NCBI GenBank assembly: GCA_039922495.1
Contig: JBDTEO010000011.1
Location: 76,439 to 140,438 of the forward strand
Direction of reading: 5' to 3'
Source: Candidatus Dormibacter sp.
GTDB lineage: Bacteria > Chloroflexota > Dormibacteria > CF-121
DNA: 64,000 nt
Below, piece after piece: positions 9,199 through 19,122 of this stretch (within the stretch, counting starts at the first letter, position 1; each line of letters starts with the position of its first letter). Made by a program: the position numbers and the translations under genes. A model generated the notes under the pieces. It saw only the letters and a program-made list of their open reading frames with translations. It did no database searches and was not told the DNA's origin.

Positions 9199-10836
9199 AT
9201 GGCAAGCATCGCGTTACCCCGGCAGGCAGTCGCGAGGCGCAGCGGGGTCATCGACTGGCTCACGACCGTCGACCACAAGAAGATCGGCATCATGTACCTC
9301 TACACGACCTTTTTCTTCTTCCTGGTTGGCGGCATCATGGCGCTGCTGATGCGTACCCAGCTGGCCGTCGGCAACAACGACTTCCTCTCGGCCAAGCTCT
9401 ACAACCAGATCATGACGCTGCACGGGACCACCATGATCTTCCTCTGGATCATTCCGGTCTTCTCCGGCTTCGGGAACTATTTCGTTCCGCTGATGATCGG
9501 GGCGCGCGACATGGCCTTCCCCCGCATCAACGCCCTCTCCTTCTGGTTGATCCCGCTGGGCGGTCTCGTGATGTACAGCGGACTCCTCACCCAGACCGGA
9601 GCCGCCGCAGCGGGTTGGACCGGCTACGTGCCGCTCACCGAGAAGGCTTACGCAATGGGACTCGGCCAGGACATGTGGATTCTCGGGCTGCACATCCTCG
9701 GCATCTCGTCCATCATGGGCGCGGTCAACTTCATCGTGACGATCCATAACATGCGCGCTCCGGGCATGACCTGGTTTCGGCTACCGCTATTCGTCTGGTC
9801 GATGGAAGTCACCGCGGCGCTCGTCCTGCTGGCCAGCCCTTTCCTCGCCGGCGTCCTGGCCATGGTGCTGATGGACCGGCAGCTCGGGACCCACTTCTTC
9901 AATCACGGCTCCGACCCGCTGCTCTACCAGTTCATCTTCTGGTTCTACTCGCACCCGGCGGTCTACATCATGATCCTGCCCGCCTTCGGCATCGTCTCCG
10001 AGGTGATCCCGGTGTTCAGCCGAAAGCCGATCTTCGGCTACCGGGCGATGGCCTTCTCCATGGCGGCCATCGGCGTGCTCGGCTTCATGGTCTTCGCCCA
10101 CCATATGTTCACGACCGGCATGCCGCTGGCACTCCAGGAATTTTTCATGGCGACAACGGCGATGATCGGCGTGCCGTCCGGCGTCAAGGTCTTGAACTGG
10201 CTGGCGACCCTCTGGGGAGGTTCGATCAAGTACACGACGGCGATGCTCTTCTCGGTCGGGTTCGTCTTGATGTTCCTGATGGGTGGTGTCGACGGCGTCT
10301 TCACCGCCTCGCTGGCGGTCGACTACCAGATCCACGCCACATACTGGGTCGTGGCCCACATCCATTACGTCCTCTTCGGCGGCAGCGTCTTCGGGGTGTT
10401 CGCGGCCTTCTACTACTGGTTTCCCAAGATGACCGGCCGCTACCTCAACGAAACGCTCGGCAAGATCCAGTTCTGGGTCCAGCTGGTCGGCTTTAACGTC
10501 ACGTTCATGCCGATGCATTTCCTCGGGCTCGAGGGGATGCCGCGGCGGATCGCGATCTGGCAGAGCAACCGGACCGATTGGGCGACCTGGAACCTGGTTT
10601 CCACGATCGGCGCGTTCATGATCGCGTCCGCCATCCTCATCTTCCTGATCAACTTCGCGATCAGCGTCCGTGCCGGCCGGCGCGCGCCGGCCGATCCCTG
10701 GGAAGGCAACACCCTGGAATGGGCGACGACCTCCCCGCCTCCCGCTTACAACTTTGACACCGTTCCCCCGGTCCGCAGCGCCCGGCCGCTTCGCGACCTG
10801 CGGCGCGGCGCCGTGACGGCGGCCGAGCATGCCTAG
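9199..10836 (+). CDS. ctaD: Cytochrome c oxidase subunit I, A2 type
   Basis: TVDHKKIG, HGTTM, DMAFPR, YSHPAVY (A2 signature), HHMF, HIHYV. Confidence 0.97.
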   Translation: MASIALPRQAVARRSGVIDWLTTVDHKKIGIMYLYTTFFFFLVGGIMALLMRTQLAVGNNDFLSAKLYNQIMTLHGTTMIFLWIIPVFSGFGNYFVPLMIGARDMAFPRINALSFWLIPLGGLVMYSGLLTQTGAAAAGWTGYVPLTEKAYAMGLGQDMWILGLHILGISSIMGAVNFIVTIHNMRAPGMTWFRLPLFVWSMEVTAALVLLASPFLAGVLAMVLMDRQLGTHFFNHGSDPLLYQFIFWFYSHPAVYIMILPAFGIVSEVIPVFSRKPIFGYRAMAFSMAAIGVLGFMVFAHHMFTTGMPLALQEFFMATTAMIGVPSGVKVLNWLATLWGGSIKYTTAMLFSVGFVLMFLMGGVDGVFTASLAVDYQIHATYWVVAHIHYVLFGGSVFGVFAAFYYWFPKMTGRYLNETLGKIQFWVQLVGFNVTFMPMHFLGLEGMPRRIAIWQSNRTDWATWNLVSTIGAFMIASAILIFLINFAISVRAGRRAPADPWEGNTLEWATTSPPPAYNFDTVPPVRSARPLRDLRRGAVTAAEHA

Positions 10837-10845
10837 CGAACGGCC

Positions 10846-12639
10846 GTGAAGGCATTTCGCGCCCTCGCCCTCGCCACCGCGGTGGTCACCTATGCCCTCG
10901 TGGTGCTGGGCGGCGTGGTGCGTGTGTCCGGCTCCGGACTCGGTTGTCCGGACTGGCCGCTGTGCCATGGGCGTCCCTATCCGCCGCTCGAAGTGCATGC
11001 CATCATCGAGTATTCGCACCGGACGACGGCCTCGCTGGCCAGCCTGCTCGTGGTGTTGACTGCCGTCGTCGCCCTGATCGCCTGGCGCCGCCGGCGTGAC
11101 ATCGTCGTCCCGGCAACCGCCGCCCTCCTGTTGTTGATCGTGCAGGTTGTCCTCGGCGCGATCACGGTCCGCCTCGAGCTGCCGCCGATCATCGTCCTGG
11201 CGCACCTGGCCACCGCCATGGCGCTGCTCGGCGCCATCTGCATCACCGTCACCCATGCCTTTGCCGGCCGCAGACCGGAGTCGATCGACCGCCGCGCCGT
11301 ACGCTGGGCCCGGGGGGCCGCCGTCGGGACCTACCTGCTCATCCTCAGTGGTTCGCTCGTCGTGGGGAGCGGCGCCAGTGGCGCCTGCGATGCCTGGCCG
11401 CTATGCGGCGGCGGGTTCAGCTTTGCCCTGGACCGGTCGCCGCTGGTGCAGTTGCTGCATCGCGGCCTGGCTGCGCTGATCGGCGTCCTCATCATCCTGG
11501 CCTTGGCCGGCATCCTCCGCCGGCACCGTCGCAACCCGGCGGTCCGCGCCACGGTCGCGCTCACCCTGGCGGCGCTGATCCTGCAGGTGGCGGTCGGCGC
11601 CGGGGTCGTGCTCCTCCACCTTCCCGCCCCGCTTCGGGGACTCCACCTTGCCCTCGCGACCGCCGTCTGGGCCGGGACCGTCGTGCTCGCGGGGTTGAGC
11701 GGGCGCCTGCCGCTTCCCGATCAGGCCGTCTCGCGTCCACAAGAGGTGCGAGCGCCTCGCCGATCGGCGGGTGAGGTCGTGCTCGACTACGTGAGCCTCG
11801 CCAAGCCGCGGATCATCGTGCTCCTGCTGGTGACCGCGCTGGGTGGAATGATGATCGCGAGCCGGGGCTGGCCCTCGACCGGGCTCGTGATTTTGACCTT
11901 GCTTGGCGGCGCGCTGGCCGCGGCCGGCGCCGGCGCGATCAACTGCTGGATCGATCGCGACATCGACGGCGAGATGTACCGGACACGACGGCGACCGATC
12001 CCGGACGGGCGGATCGCCCCGGCTCACGCGCTGACCTTCGGCATCGCGCTCGGCGTGGCCGCCTTCCTGCTGCTCGCTTTCTGGGTTAACGTGCTGGCCG
12101 CCACGCTGGCGGTCAGCGGCCTGCTCTTTTACGTCTTCGTCTACACCCTCTGGCTCAAACGCTCGACGGCGCAGAACATCGTGATCGGCGGTGCGGCCGG
12201 CGCCGTCCCGCCGCTGGTTGGCTGGGCGGCGGTGACCCACTCGATCAACCTGACCGCGATTTATCTGTTCGTGATCATCTTCCTCTGGACACCGCCCCAT
12301 TTCTGGTCGCTCGCGCTCCGCATCCAGCGCGATTACGCGCGTGTCGGCGTCCCGATGCTGCCGGTGGTCCGCGGCGAAGACGAAGCCAAGCGGCAGATCC
12401 TCCTGTACACCCTCCTGCTGGTCGCCGTGACCCTGATGCTGTTTGTCACCGGGGCGCTCGGGGGGCTGTACCTGGCGGGCGCCAGCATGCTGGGCGGCGC
12501 CTTCATCGTGTTCGCCGTGCTCAATCTCCGGGATCAGCGCCGGCGGTGGTCCCGCCCGCTCTTCGACTACTCGATCGCCTACCTCGCCCTACTCTTCGCC
12601 GTCATGGTCGCCGACCGGATCGTTGGTAGACTTGCGTGA
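10846..12639 (+). CDS. Heme A synthase / heme O synthase fusion (CtaA-CtaB)
   Basis: N-terminal half: GLGCPDWPLC, EYSHR, CDAWPLC. C-terminal half: KPRII, DRDIDGEMYRTRRRP, NIVIGG, WTPPHFW. Confidence 0.93.
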   Translation: MKAFRALALATAVVTYALVVLGGVVRVSGSGLGCPDWPLCHGRPYPPLEVHAIIEYSHRTTASLASLLVVLTAVVALIAWRRRRDIVVPATAALLLLIVQVVLGAITVRLELPPIIVLAHLATAMALLGAICITVTHAFAGRRPESIDRRAVRWARGAAVGTYLLILSGSLVVGSGASGACDAWPLCGGGFSFALDRSPLVQLLHRGLAALIGVLIILALAGILRRHRRNPAVRATVALTLAALILQVAVGAGVVLLHLPAPLRGLHLALATAVWAGTVVLAGLSGRLPLPDQAVSRPQEVRAPRRSAGEVVLDYVSLAKPRIIVLLLVTALGGMMIASRGWPSTGLVILTLLGGALAAAGAGAINCWIDRDIDGEMYRTRRRPIPDGRIAPAHALTFGIALGVAAFLLLAFWVNVLAATLAVSGLLFYVFVYTLWLKRSTAQNIVIGGAAGAVPPLVGWAAVTHSINLTAIYLFVIIFLWTPPHFWSLALRIQRDYARVGVPMLPVVRGEDEAKRQILLYTLLLVAVTLMLFVTGALGGLYLAGASMLGGAFIVFAVLNLRDQRRRWSRPLFDYSIAYLALLFAVMVADRIVGRLA

Positions 12640-12650
12640 GCGGGTGAGGC

Positions 12651-12767
12651 ATGCATAGGGACGAGGCGCGGAACAATGTTCGGCTGGGGATCCTGCTGTT
12701 CGTGACCGCGGTGATCATGTTCGGCCTCTCCTTTGTCTGGGCTCTCGTGTACAACAGTTTCGTCTGA
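12651..12767 (+). CDS. 38-aa single-TM microprotein
   Basis: MHRDEARNNVRLGILLFVTAVIMFGLSFVWALVYNSFV; stop overlaps the next ATG (TGATG). Confidence 0.7.
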   Translation: MHRDEARNNVRLGILLFVTAVIMFGLSFVWALVYNSFV

Positions 12768-12991
12768 TGGCCGCGCAGGAACCGACCCATGAGGGGCCCC
12801 AGGGCCATGAGGCGATCCATCTGCCGCCCCCCAGTATCTGGCCGGTCGTGCTGGCCGTCGGGATCGCGACCCTGCTGCTGGGCCTGGTCCTCAATCTCGT
12901 CCTGCTCGTGATCGGCGCCGTCATCACGGTCGCGGCGCTGGCGCTGTGGGTTCGGGATGCCCGCCGGGAGTTCGCCGACCTCCCCGAGTAG
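12767..12991 (+). CDS. Two-TM cytochrome oxidase small subunit
   Basis: IHLPPPSIWPVVLAVG resembles the two-helix element found at the start of subunit III or the end of 14-helix subunit I. Confidence 0.75.
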   Translation: MAAQEPTHEGPQGHEAIHLPPPSIWPVVLAVGIATLLLGLVLNLVLLVIGAVITVAALALWVRDARREFADLPE

Positions 12992-13096
12992 GGTAGGCAC
13001 CTGATTCCGGTCGGATTCGGGCCGTTTGACTGGCGTCGGCCGGGGACCGCCCCGTAGACTCAGGCTCGTCAACTCATTATCGGCAAGGAGGCAAGC

Positions 13097-13492
13097 GTGA
13101 GCGTCTGGAAGATGGCAATTGTCGCGGGCGGGAGCGCAGTGCTCCTGGCAGCCTGCGGCGGCAATGCCGGCAATACCTCGGATGGCGGTAGCTGCACGCC
13201 GAAGGGCGCCGGAAGCGGCACCCCCGCGCAGACCGTCAAGATCGTTTCCGACCCGACGAACGTCGGCAAATACGATCCGTCCACCATCACCGTGAAGACG
13301 GGCGATAGCGTGGAATGGGATTGGGTCGACAATTCGGCGCAGCACAGCGTCACCTCGGATGACAACACGACCTTTGACTCCTGCCTGCAGGGAGCCGGGT
13401 CGAAGTTCGTGGTGACCTTCACTACGGCGGGCGACGTCAAATATCACTGCACCATCCATTCGGGCATGATCGGAGACGTCAAGGTCAGCTAA
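13097..13492 (+). CDS. Plastocyanin/azurin-family cupredoxin lipoprotein
   Basis: Lipobox LAAC; QHSVT...YHCTIHSGM copper ligands; AAGGAGG RBS. Confidence 0.88.
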   Translation: MSVWKMAIVAGGSAVLLAACGGNAGNTSDGGSCTPKGAGSGTPAQTVKIVSDPTNVGKYDPSTITVKTGDSVEWDWVDNSAQHSVTSDDNTTFDSCLQGAGSKFVVTFTTAGDVKYHCTIHSGMIGDVKVS

Positions 13493-13514
13493 GCGCCATC
13501 GATGGGCCAGGGCG

Positions 13515-13907
13515 GTGCCGGGCATCGCCCTTGTCATTTTGGCGGCCTGCGGCACCGCCACGACCTCGCCTGACGATGCCGCCGTCGTCCAGGACTTTCA
13601 GGCCCACCGGTCGAATGTGGAGGTCACGGCCGACGGAACCGTGATCACGATTTTCCCGGACCGTCATAGCAATGCCGGCGTGCACGAGCAGTTCATCATG
13701 CGGCTCGCCTCGGGCGGCTTCACCGTCGAGGTGGAACACAACATCTCGATCGGCGCCCGGGTTCCGCTCTCGACGGGCGACCGTGTCATCGTCCACGGGG
13801 ACTACATCTGGAATGACAAGGGTGGGCTCATTCACTTCACCCACCATGATCCACGGGGCACCCACGAGGGTGGTTACATCCAGGACAACGGGAAGACCTA
13901 CGACTGA
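13515..13907 (+). CDS. DUF3465-like lipoprotein
   Basis: Lipobox LAAC; HEQFI, HNI, GGLIHFTHHDPRGTHEGGYI. Confidence 0.8.
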   Translation: MPGIALVILAACGTATTSPDDAAVVQDFQAHRSNVEVTADGTVITIFPDRHSNAGVHEQFIMRLASGGFTVEVEHNISIGARVPLSTGDRVIVHGDYIWNDKGGLIHFTHHDPRGTHEGGYIQDNGKTYD

Positions 13908-13914
13908 GCCAGGG

Positions 13915-14712
13915 TCAGGCCCGCACCATCCGGACATCCCCGGCGTAGAGGCGGTGGCGGGTCCCGTCGTCGAGCCGGACGCGGAGCGCTCCGTCGGGCT
14001 CGAGATCCTCGGCGGTGGCGACGCGGGCCTGGCCCTGCTCCTCATAGCTGACGCGCCGGCCCAGCATCGAACTGTGCTTCCGCCAGGCGGGCAGGATGAA
14101 GCCGCTACCTTCACGGCGGACCCGGCCCACGGCCTCGCCGATCGCATCAAGGGCCGCCGCCAGCAGGGGCTCGCGAGGCACCGGGTGGCCCAGCGCGACC
14201 GCGATCGAGGTGGCCTGTGGCGGCAGTTCGGCGCCGGTACTGTTGACGTTGAGCCCCACCCCCAGCGCGACGGCATCGCGAGGGCCCCGCTCGAGGAGCA
14301 CGCCGGCCAGCTTTCGCTCACCGATGAGCAGGTCGTTGGGCCACTTCAGGTCAACGCTGAGTCCGCTGGCGCGCCGTACCCCCTCAGCCAGCGCCAGGCC
14401 GGCAAGCAGGGGCAGCAGGCTCAGCAGCGAGGCGTCCGGATACAGAAGGAGGGAAAAGAGCAGGTCCCGCTGATCGGCGGCCAGCCACGGCCGTCCCAGC
14501 CGCCCGCGGCCCCGTTCCTGGTAGTCGGTAACGATCGTCCATCCTTCCGGCTCGCCGGCGCCGGCGGCCGCGCGCGCCAGGTCCTGGGTGGATGCGACCC
14601 TGGGCTCCCAGCGAACCGCCCACGAGATCGGTTTCGCCGGCAACTGGGGCTCCATCAGCTCGAGCCTGAAGGGCCCCAGGGCGGGTTCCGGTGGCTTCGA
14701 CTTCTTGACCAA
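13915..14712 (-). CDS. birA: Biotin-protein ligase (no HTH domain)
   Basis: STQD, QERGRGRLGRPW, LKWPND, KLAGVL, GVGLNV. Start uncertain (TTG 14712 or ATG 14655). Confidence 0.9.
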   Translation of the reverse strand: MVKKSKPPEPALGPFRLELMEPQLPAKPISWAVRWEPRVASTQDLARAAAGAGEPEGWTIVTDYQERGRGRLGRPWLAADQRDLLFSLLLYPDASLLSLLPLLAGLALAEGVRRASGLSVDLKWPNDLLIGERKLAGVLLERGPRDAVALGVGLNVNSTGAELPPQATSIAVALGHPVPREPLLAAALDAIGEAVGRVRREGSGFILPAWRKHSSMLGRRVSYEEQGQARVATAEDLEPDGALRVRLDDGTRHRLYAGDVRMVRA

Positions 14713-14733
14713 TCCGATCTTTGACCGTACAGT
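14705..14733 (+). promoter_or_regulatory. Sigma70-type promoter
   Basis: TTGACC-17 nt-TACAGT upstream of ATG 14750. Confidence 0.6.
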
Positions 14734-14749
14734 AATCGTTCGGGAAGCC

Positions 14750-15100
14750 ATGGCGCGCACAGCCGGAACCGGTCGCATGATCCAGGAGACCTCGGTCCAG
14801 ATCTCGGCGCTGCGAGAGCGCTGGCATGTGGAGCGGGAGCAGCGCTACGCGCGCCGGAATCGGATCCGCCATATCGACCGTCTGCTGGATGAGCTCGAGA
14901 TGCTCAACATCGCCGAAGAGACCCAGATGCCGCCCGAGCTCGCGGTTCGCGTCCAGCGGCTGGCGGCGGAGATGGAACATCCGCTTGGCAATCGCGCCCC
15001 CGAAGACCTCACCATCGCCGAATCGATGGACGCCCTCTACGACCTGCAGGACGGCCTGATGCTCACCCTCGACGGTGTCGAGGAGGAGGACGAGCCCTAG
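14750..15100 (+). CDS. Hypothetical acidic helical protein (116 aa)
   Basis: Typical codon bias, upstream promoter, convergent with the next gene. Confidence 0.7.
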   Translation: MARTAGTGRMIQETSVQISALRERWHVEREQRYARRNRIRHIDRLLDELEMLNIAEETQMPPELAVRVQRLAAEMEHPLGNRAPEDLTIAESMDALYDLQDGLMLTLDGVEEEDEP

Positions 15101-15115
15101 CGCCGGTCTCGACGT

Positions 15116-15904
15116 CTAGGGTTTGGCTGGCTTCTTTACGAGCGATTTTCCGTGCGGGTCGCCGCTCTGCCCATGGGCGGTTCCCTTGCCAGTGGCGCTG
15201 GCAGCGCCGTTGCCATTGGCATTGCCCTGGTTCCCGCCGGCCTGCGAGTCGGCGAGCAATGACGCCACCTCCAGGGAGGGACTGGCGACGACAGTAATTT
15301 TCTTTAGCATCGCGCTCTCGCGCGCGCTGTTGGCCGCCCAGACGCCACCGGTTGGCGCCGCGGTCGCCGAGCCCAGGTCGCGGCTGGCCGCAGACCGCTG
15401 CGCCCGGTAGTCCCGGAGCAGGCCGGCGACGATGCCATCGGTGTCGCCACGTCCCTCGACCTGCACGACGGATTGGTTCGCCCACGAGAGCAGCGACCCG
15501 ATCGGGGCTTTGACGTGGACGCCGGTGATGAATCCGTAGGCACCGGAGAGCAGGGGATCCACGCCTGGCACTGGGTGCGGACCGGGATCATCGCGCTGTT
15601 CCTGCAAGAGGGCGTAGGCATTGAGCAGATCGGTGTTGGCCTGGGCAAGCTCCTGGAGCCCGCGCTGGGTGCGATCGTGCTGGCGGGCCCGCATCAACCC
15701 ATCCCACCAGAGCTGGATCACATAGAAGGCGCTGTCCGGACGGGTTCCTTGGGGCTGGTTCCAGAGCGCGTCGACGTCAGGGCTGGTGGCCGCGGCCGGG
15801 GAATCCGCGGCCGCCGTGACCGGACTCAGGCTCAAGATCACGGCGGCGCCCCCGACAAGGGCGAGCCATGACGGGCGGGGCAAGCGGCGACTTATGGCCA
15901 CCAT
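15116..15904 (-). CDS. Secreted protein, DUF5667-like
   Basis: Signal peptide; QGTRPDSAFYVIQLWWD motif; G/N-rich tail; GGAG RBS. Confidence 0.65.
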   Translation of the reverse strand: MVAISRRLPRPSWLALVGGAAVILSLSPVTAAADSPAAATSPDVDALWNQPQGTRPDSAFYVIQLWWDGLMRARQHDRTQRGLQELAQANTDLLNAYALLQEQRDDPGPHPVPGVDPLLSGAYGFITGVHVKAPIGSLLSWANQSVVQVEGRGDTDGIVAGLLRDYRAQRSAASRDLGSATAAPTGGVWAANSARESAMLKKITVVASPSLEVASLLADSQAGGNQGNANGNGAASATGKGTAHGQSGDPHGKSLVKKPAKP

Positions 15905-16073
15905 TCCGGTCTCCGAAATGATTCTCTGTCAGCGGTGCCGCAAACAGGCGACCGCCGTGTCACAAGCGCTTCACGCCGCTGCGGCGTGTTCGTGCTCGGC
16001 GTGTACGGCCGGCCAGGGGCTGGCGCCTCGGCGGCCGTCGCTTCGGCCCGACGCCATAAAATCAGCTGGTTCC

Positions 16074-17471
16074 ATGAGTGAGCTGGCGCGTCAGTACGAC
16101 GCCGTGAACCTGATGGCCGATCCGCTGCTCGGCTACATCAAGATCACCAAGCGCGTGCACGGGGAGAGCTCGGCCGAGCAGGATCTGCTCGACCACCCAT
16201 GGCTGCAGCGACTGCGGCGGATTCACCAGCTTCAATCGGCGTGGTGGGTTTTTCCCGGCGGCGAACACTCGCGCTTTCAGCATGCGCTCGGCGCGATGCA
16301 TCTCAGCGGCGAGTGGACCCGCCAGCTGTATCCCAACTTGAAGCAGGTGGCGGGCGACGCGCCGTCCGCGACCTGCGTCGAAGAGACGCTGCGAGTGGCC
16401 GGCCTGCTCCATGACATCGGGCATGGCCCGTTCGGGCATTTCTTCGACCAGAACTATCTGGACCGGTTCGCGATCGACCACGAGGTCATCGGACGGGTCC
16501 TGATCGAGACCGAGCTGGCGCCCATCATCGCCGCGCTCGATGCGGGGCCCAGCGGTCCATTCGAGCCCGGCGAGCGGATCGATCCGCGATGGGTCGCCGA
16601 GCTGATCGCCGAGCCCGGGCTGCCCGGTCCCGAACCGCCGCGGTGGGTCCGCTTGTTGAAGCCGGTGCTGAACGGGATGTACACGGCCGACAATCTGGAT
16701 TACGTCCCGCGTGATGCGTACATGTGCGGCGTCAAGCTCGGGCCGGTCGACGTCCAGCGGCTGCTCCACTATTCGTTCATCGATGAGCAGGGCATGGTGC
16801 TCCATCAACACGGCGCCCAGGCGCTTCTGTCGTTCCTGAATGCGCGCCTCTACCTGTACAACAACATCTACTACCACCGGACCGTCCGGCGCATCGACCT
16901 CCACATGCGGGAGATCTTCCGCGAGACGGTCGACCGGATCCTGCCGGGCAACCCGCTTGACCATCTCGACACCTACCGCGAGCTCACCGACTGGTCCCTG
17001 ATCGATACCGTCGATCGCTGGCAACACGAGCCCGGCCGAGCCCGCGAGCTATCGCTCGAGTGGGCGAGGATCGTCCGGCGGCAGCTGAAGTGGCGCCTGA
17101 TCTTCGAGGATTACTACGAGTTTTCCGATCCGGCCGTGCCGATCGTCTATCCCAAGCCGGCGGACTATGTCGAGCGAATCCGGGCCGCCCTGCCCGCGTC
17201 CCTCAAGCACGTGTCGATTGAGGTCGACCTCGCCTCGGTCGATCCCCGCCCGCAGAATCCGCTGAACGATCCCTTCCCCGTGAACATCTACAACCCGGTC
17301 AGCCGGTCGGTGGAACGGAGCGCGGTGGCCGACCTCTTCCGCCGGCTGCCAATCCGCACTACGCTGGTTCGGGTTTTTACTGACGAGACCGCCCAACTGC
17401 AGACGCTTCGCCGGGCGGTCGAGGAAGCGCTCTACCGGCCCGATGCGCACCTGGTCGAGGCGGTGCCCTGA
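16074..17471 (+). CDS. HD-domain phosphohydrolase (SAMHD1/YdhJ-like dNTPase family)
   Basis: QRLRRIHQL, HSRFQHALG, LLHDIGHGPFGH, ADNLDY, YYHRTVR. Confidence 0.9.
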   Translation: MSELARQYDAVNLMADPLLGYIKITKRVHGESSAEQDLLDHPWLQRLRRIHQLQSAWWVFPGGEHSRFQHALGAMHLSGEWTRQLYPNLKQVAGDAPSATCVEETLRVAGLLHDIGHGPFGHFFDQNYLDRFAIDHEVIGRVLIETELAPIIAALDAGPSGPFEPGERIDPRWVAELIAEPGLPGPEPPRWVRLLKPVLNGMYTADNLDYVPRDAYMCGVKLGPVDVQRLLHYSFIDEQGMVLHQHGAQALLSFLNARLYLYNNIYYHRTVRRIDLHMREIFRETVDRILPGNPLDHLDTYRELTDWSLIDTVDRWQHEPGRARELSLEWARIVRRQLKWRLIFEDYYEFSDPAVPIVYPKPADYVERIRAALPASLKHVSIEVDLASVDPRPQNPLNDPFPVNIYNPVSRSVERSAVADLFRRLPIRTTLVRVFTDETAQLQTLRRAVEEALYRPDAHLVEAVP

Positions 17472-18826
17472 TGCTGGTCCGCCCCGAGGACGCGATCAAG
17501 CCGCTGACGGTCCAGGAGCTCAACGGCCGGATTCACGACCTGCTCGCCGCCCGATTCCAGAGCGTGCTCGTCAAGGGCGAGGTGAGCGGCGTTTCGCACC
17601 GGAGCGGCCATGTTTGGTTCACCCTCAAGGATGCGTCGGCGGCGGTGGGGGCCGTCGTCTTCAGCGGGACGGCCCGCCGCCTGCCCTTCCTGCCCGAGAA
17701 CGGGCAGGAGCTCGTCGTCACCGGGCAGGTCGATTACCACCAGCAGACCGGCCGGCTCAACCTGGTGGTGAGCCGGCTCGATTACGACGGCGCCGGCAAG
17801 CTCCGCGCGGCGATCGAGGCGCTCAAGCGCCGGCTGGACGCGGAGGGCGCCTTTGCGCCGCAGCGCAAGCGGCCCTTACCCTTTTTGCCTCGATGCGTGG
17901 CGCTGGTCACCTCGCCGAGCGGCGCCGTGATCCACGACCTGCAGGAGACGATCTGGGAGCGGTTTCCCAACGTGCCCCTGGTCGTCTACGCGGCGCTCGT
18001 CCAGGGGGTGGCGTCGCAGCGCAGCCTGGTCGCGGCGTTGCGGCAGTGTGATCGTGATGGGATGGCGGACGTTTGTATCGTCGCCCGCGGCGGCGGGAGC
18101 TTCGAGGAATTGATGGCGTTCAACCAGGAGCCGGTAGTGCGCGCCATCCAGGCGATGCGGATCCCGGTGATCACCGCGCTCGGCCACACGTCCGACCGGA
18201 CGCTCGCGGACCTGGTGGCGGATCGGGAAGCGCGCACCCCCACGGCCGCGGCCGAGCTGGTCGTCCCCAGGAAGGCCGACCTGCTGGAAGGCCTGGCCGA
18301 ACGCGGCCGGCGACTGCAACGCGCCGGGCTCACCTTGCTGATCGGCCCAGGCCACCAGCTCGAGGCCCGGCGCCAGACGCTACGGCGGTTGACCCAGGAC
18401 ACGGCCGGCCGGCGACGGGAAAGGCTGGCCAACCTGGTCCGGATGCTGCAGCAGCGTGACCCGCGCGAGGTGTTGCGCGGACGCGAGCGGTCGCTCGCCG
18501 AGTACGGGCGACGCCTGGACCGTTCGTTGGCGGCGACCCTCCGATCGGTCGTGGCGGGCCGGGTGCGGGTGGAGGAGGGCAACGAGCGCCTGGCGGCCAC
18601 CACGGCACGCGCGTTGCGGGATTACCAACGCGCGCTCGACACCCGCGCGGCGCGCTTGCAAACGCTTGGGCCGGAGCAGACGCTGAGCCGTGGCTACAGC
18701 ATCTGCGTCGACGCCGCCAGTGGACGGGTGATTCGGACCGCAGGCGAGGCCGACCGCGGCCAGGCCGTCCAGGTCCAGCTCTCGGCGGGACAGCTTGACT
18801 GCCGGGTCGAGGAGGCGCGCCCATGA
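17471..18826 (+). CDS. xseA: Exodeoxyribonuclease VII large subunit
   Basis: GEVS, SGHVWFTLKD, VTSPSGAVIHD, RGGGS, TPTAAAE, LSRGYS. Confidence 0.95.
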   Translation: MLVRPEDAIKPLTVQELNGRIHDLLAARFQSVLVKGEVSGVSHRSGHVWFTLKDASAAVGAVVFSGTARRLPFLPENGQELVVTGQVDYHQQTGRLNLVVSRLDYDGAGKLRAAIEALKRRLDAEGAFAPQRKRPLPFLPRCVALVTSPSGAVIHDLQETIWERFPNVPLVVYAALVQGVASQRSLVAALRQCDRDGMADVCIVARGGGSFEELMAFNQEPVVRAIQAMRIPVITALGHTSDRTLADLVADREARTPTAAAELVVPRKADLLEGLAERGRRLQRAGLTLLIGPGHQLEARRQTLRRLTQDTAGRRRERLANLVRMLQQRDPREVLRGRERSLAEYGRRLDRSLAATLRSVVAGRVRVEEGNERLAATTARALRDYQRALDTRAARLQTLGPEQTLSRGYSICVDAASGRVIRTAGEADRGQAVQVQLSAGQLDCRVEEARP

Positions 18827-19122
18827 CGCCGGCCGATCCGGGGATCACCTACGAGCAGGCGCTAGCTCAACTGGATAGCACCTTGCGAGCGCTCGAGGAA
18901 GGCAAGCTGAGCCTGGAAGATGCGATCGCCGCGGTCGCCCGCGGCCGCGAGTACCTTCAGCTCTGCGAGCAAAAGCTCAACGAGGCGCGGCAGCGGATCG
19001 AGAGCCTGCCGGTGCAGGAGCGCGCTGGTGATGACGAAGCGCCGCACCCGGCGACCGTGGCCCAGTTACGTGCCGGCCGCGAACCCACCCCCGGAACGCC
19101 GCAGGGAGAAATTCCCTTCTAG
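18823..19122 (+). CDS. xseB: Exodeoxyribonuclease VII small subunit
   Basis: TYEQALAQL...LEEGKLSLEDAI...CEQKL; ATGA overlap with xseA. Confidence 0.9.
   Translation: MTPADPGITYEQALAQLDSTLRALEEGKLSLEDAIAAVARGREYLQLCEQKLNEARQRIESLPVQERAGDDEAPHPATVAQLRAGREPTPGTPQGEIPF

Noticed and set aside
10846-12639. CtaA-CtaB fusion as a novelty
   Set aside because: Such fusions are already known in other bacteria; kept as a feature only.
14721-14736. TGAC-N6-GTAA as a second BldD box
   Set aside because: Spacer is 6 rather than 5, and the site is explained by the promoter.
16074-19122. HD dNTPase plus xseAB as an anti-phage system
   Set aside because: Host-like codon usage and a housekeeping-type neighbourhood; no defence-island context.
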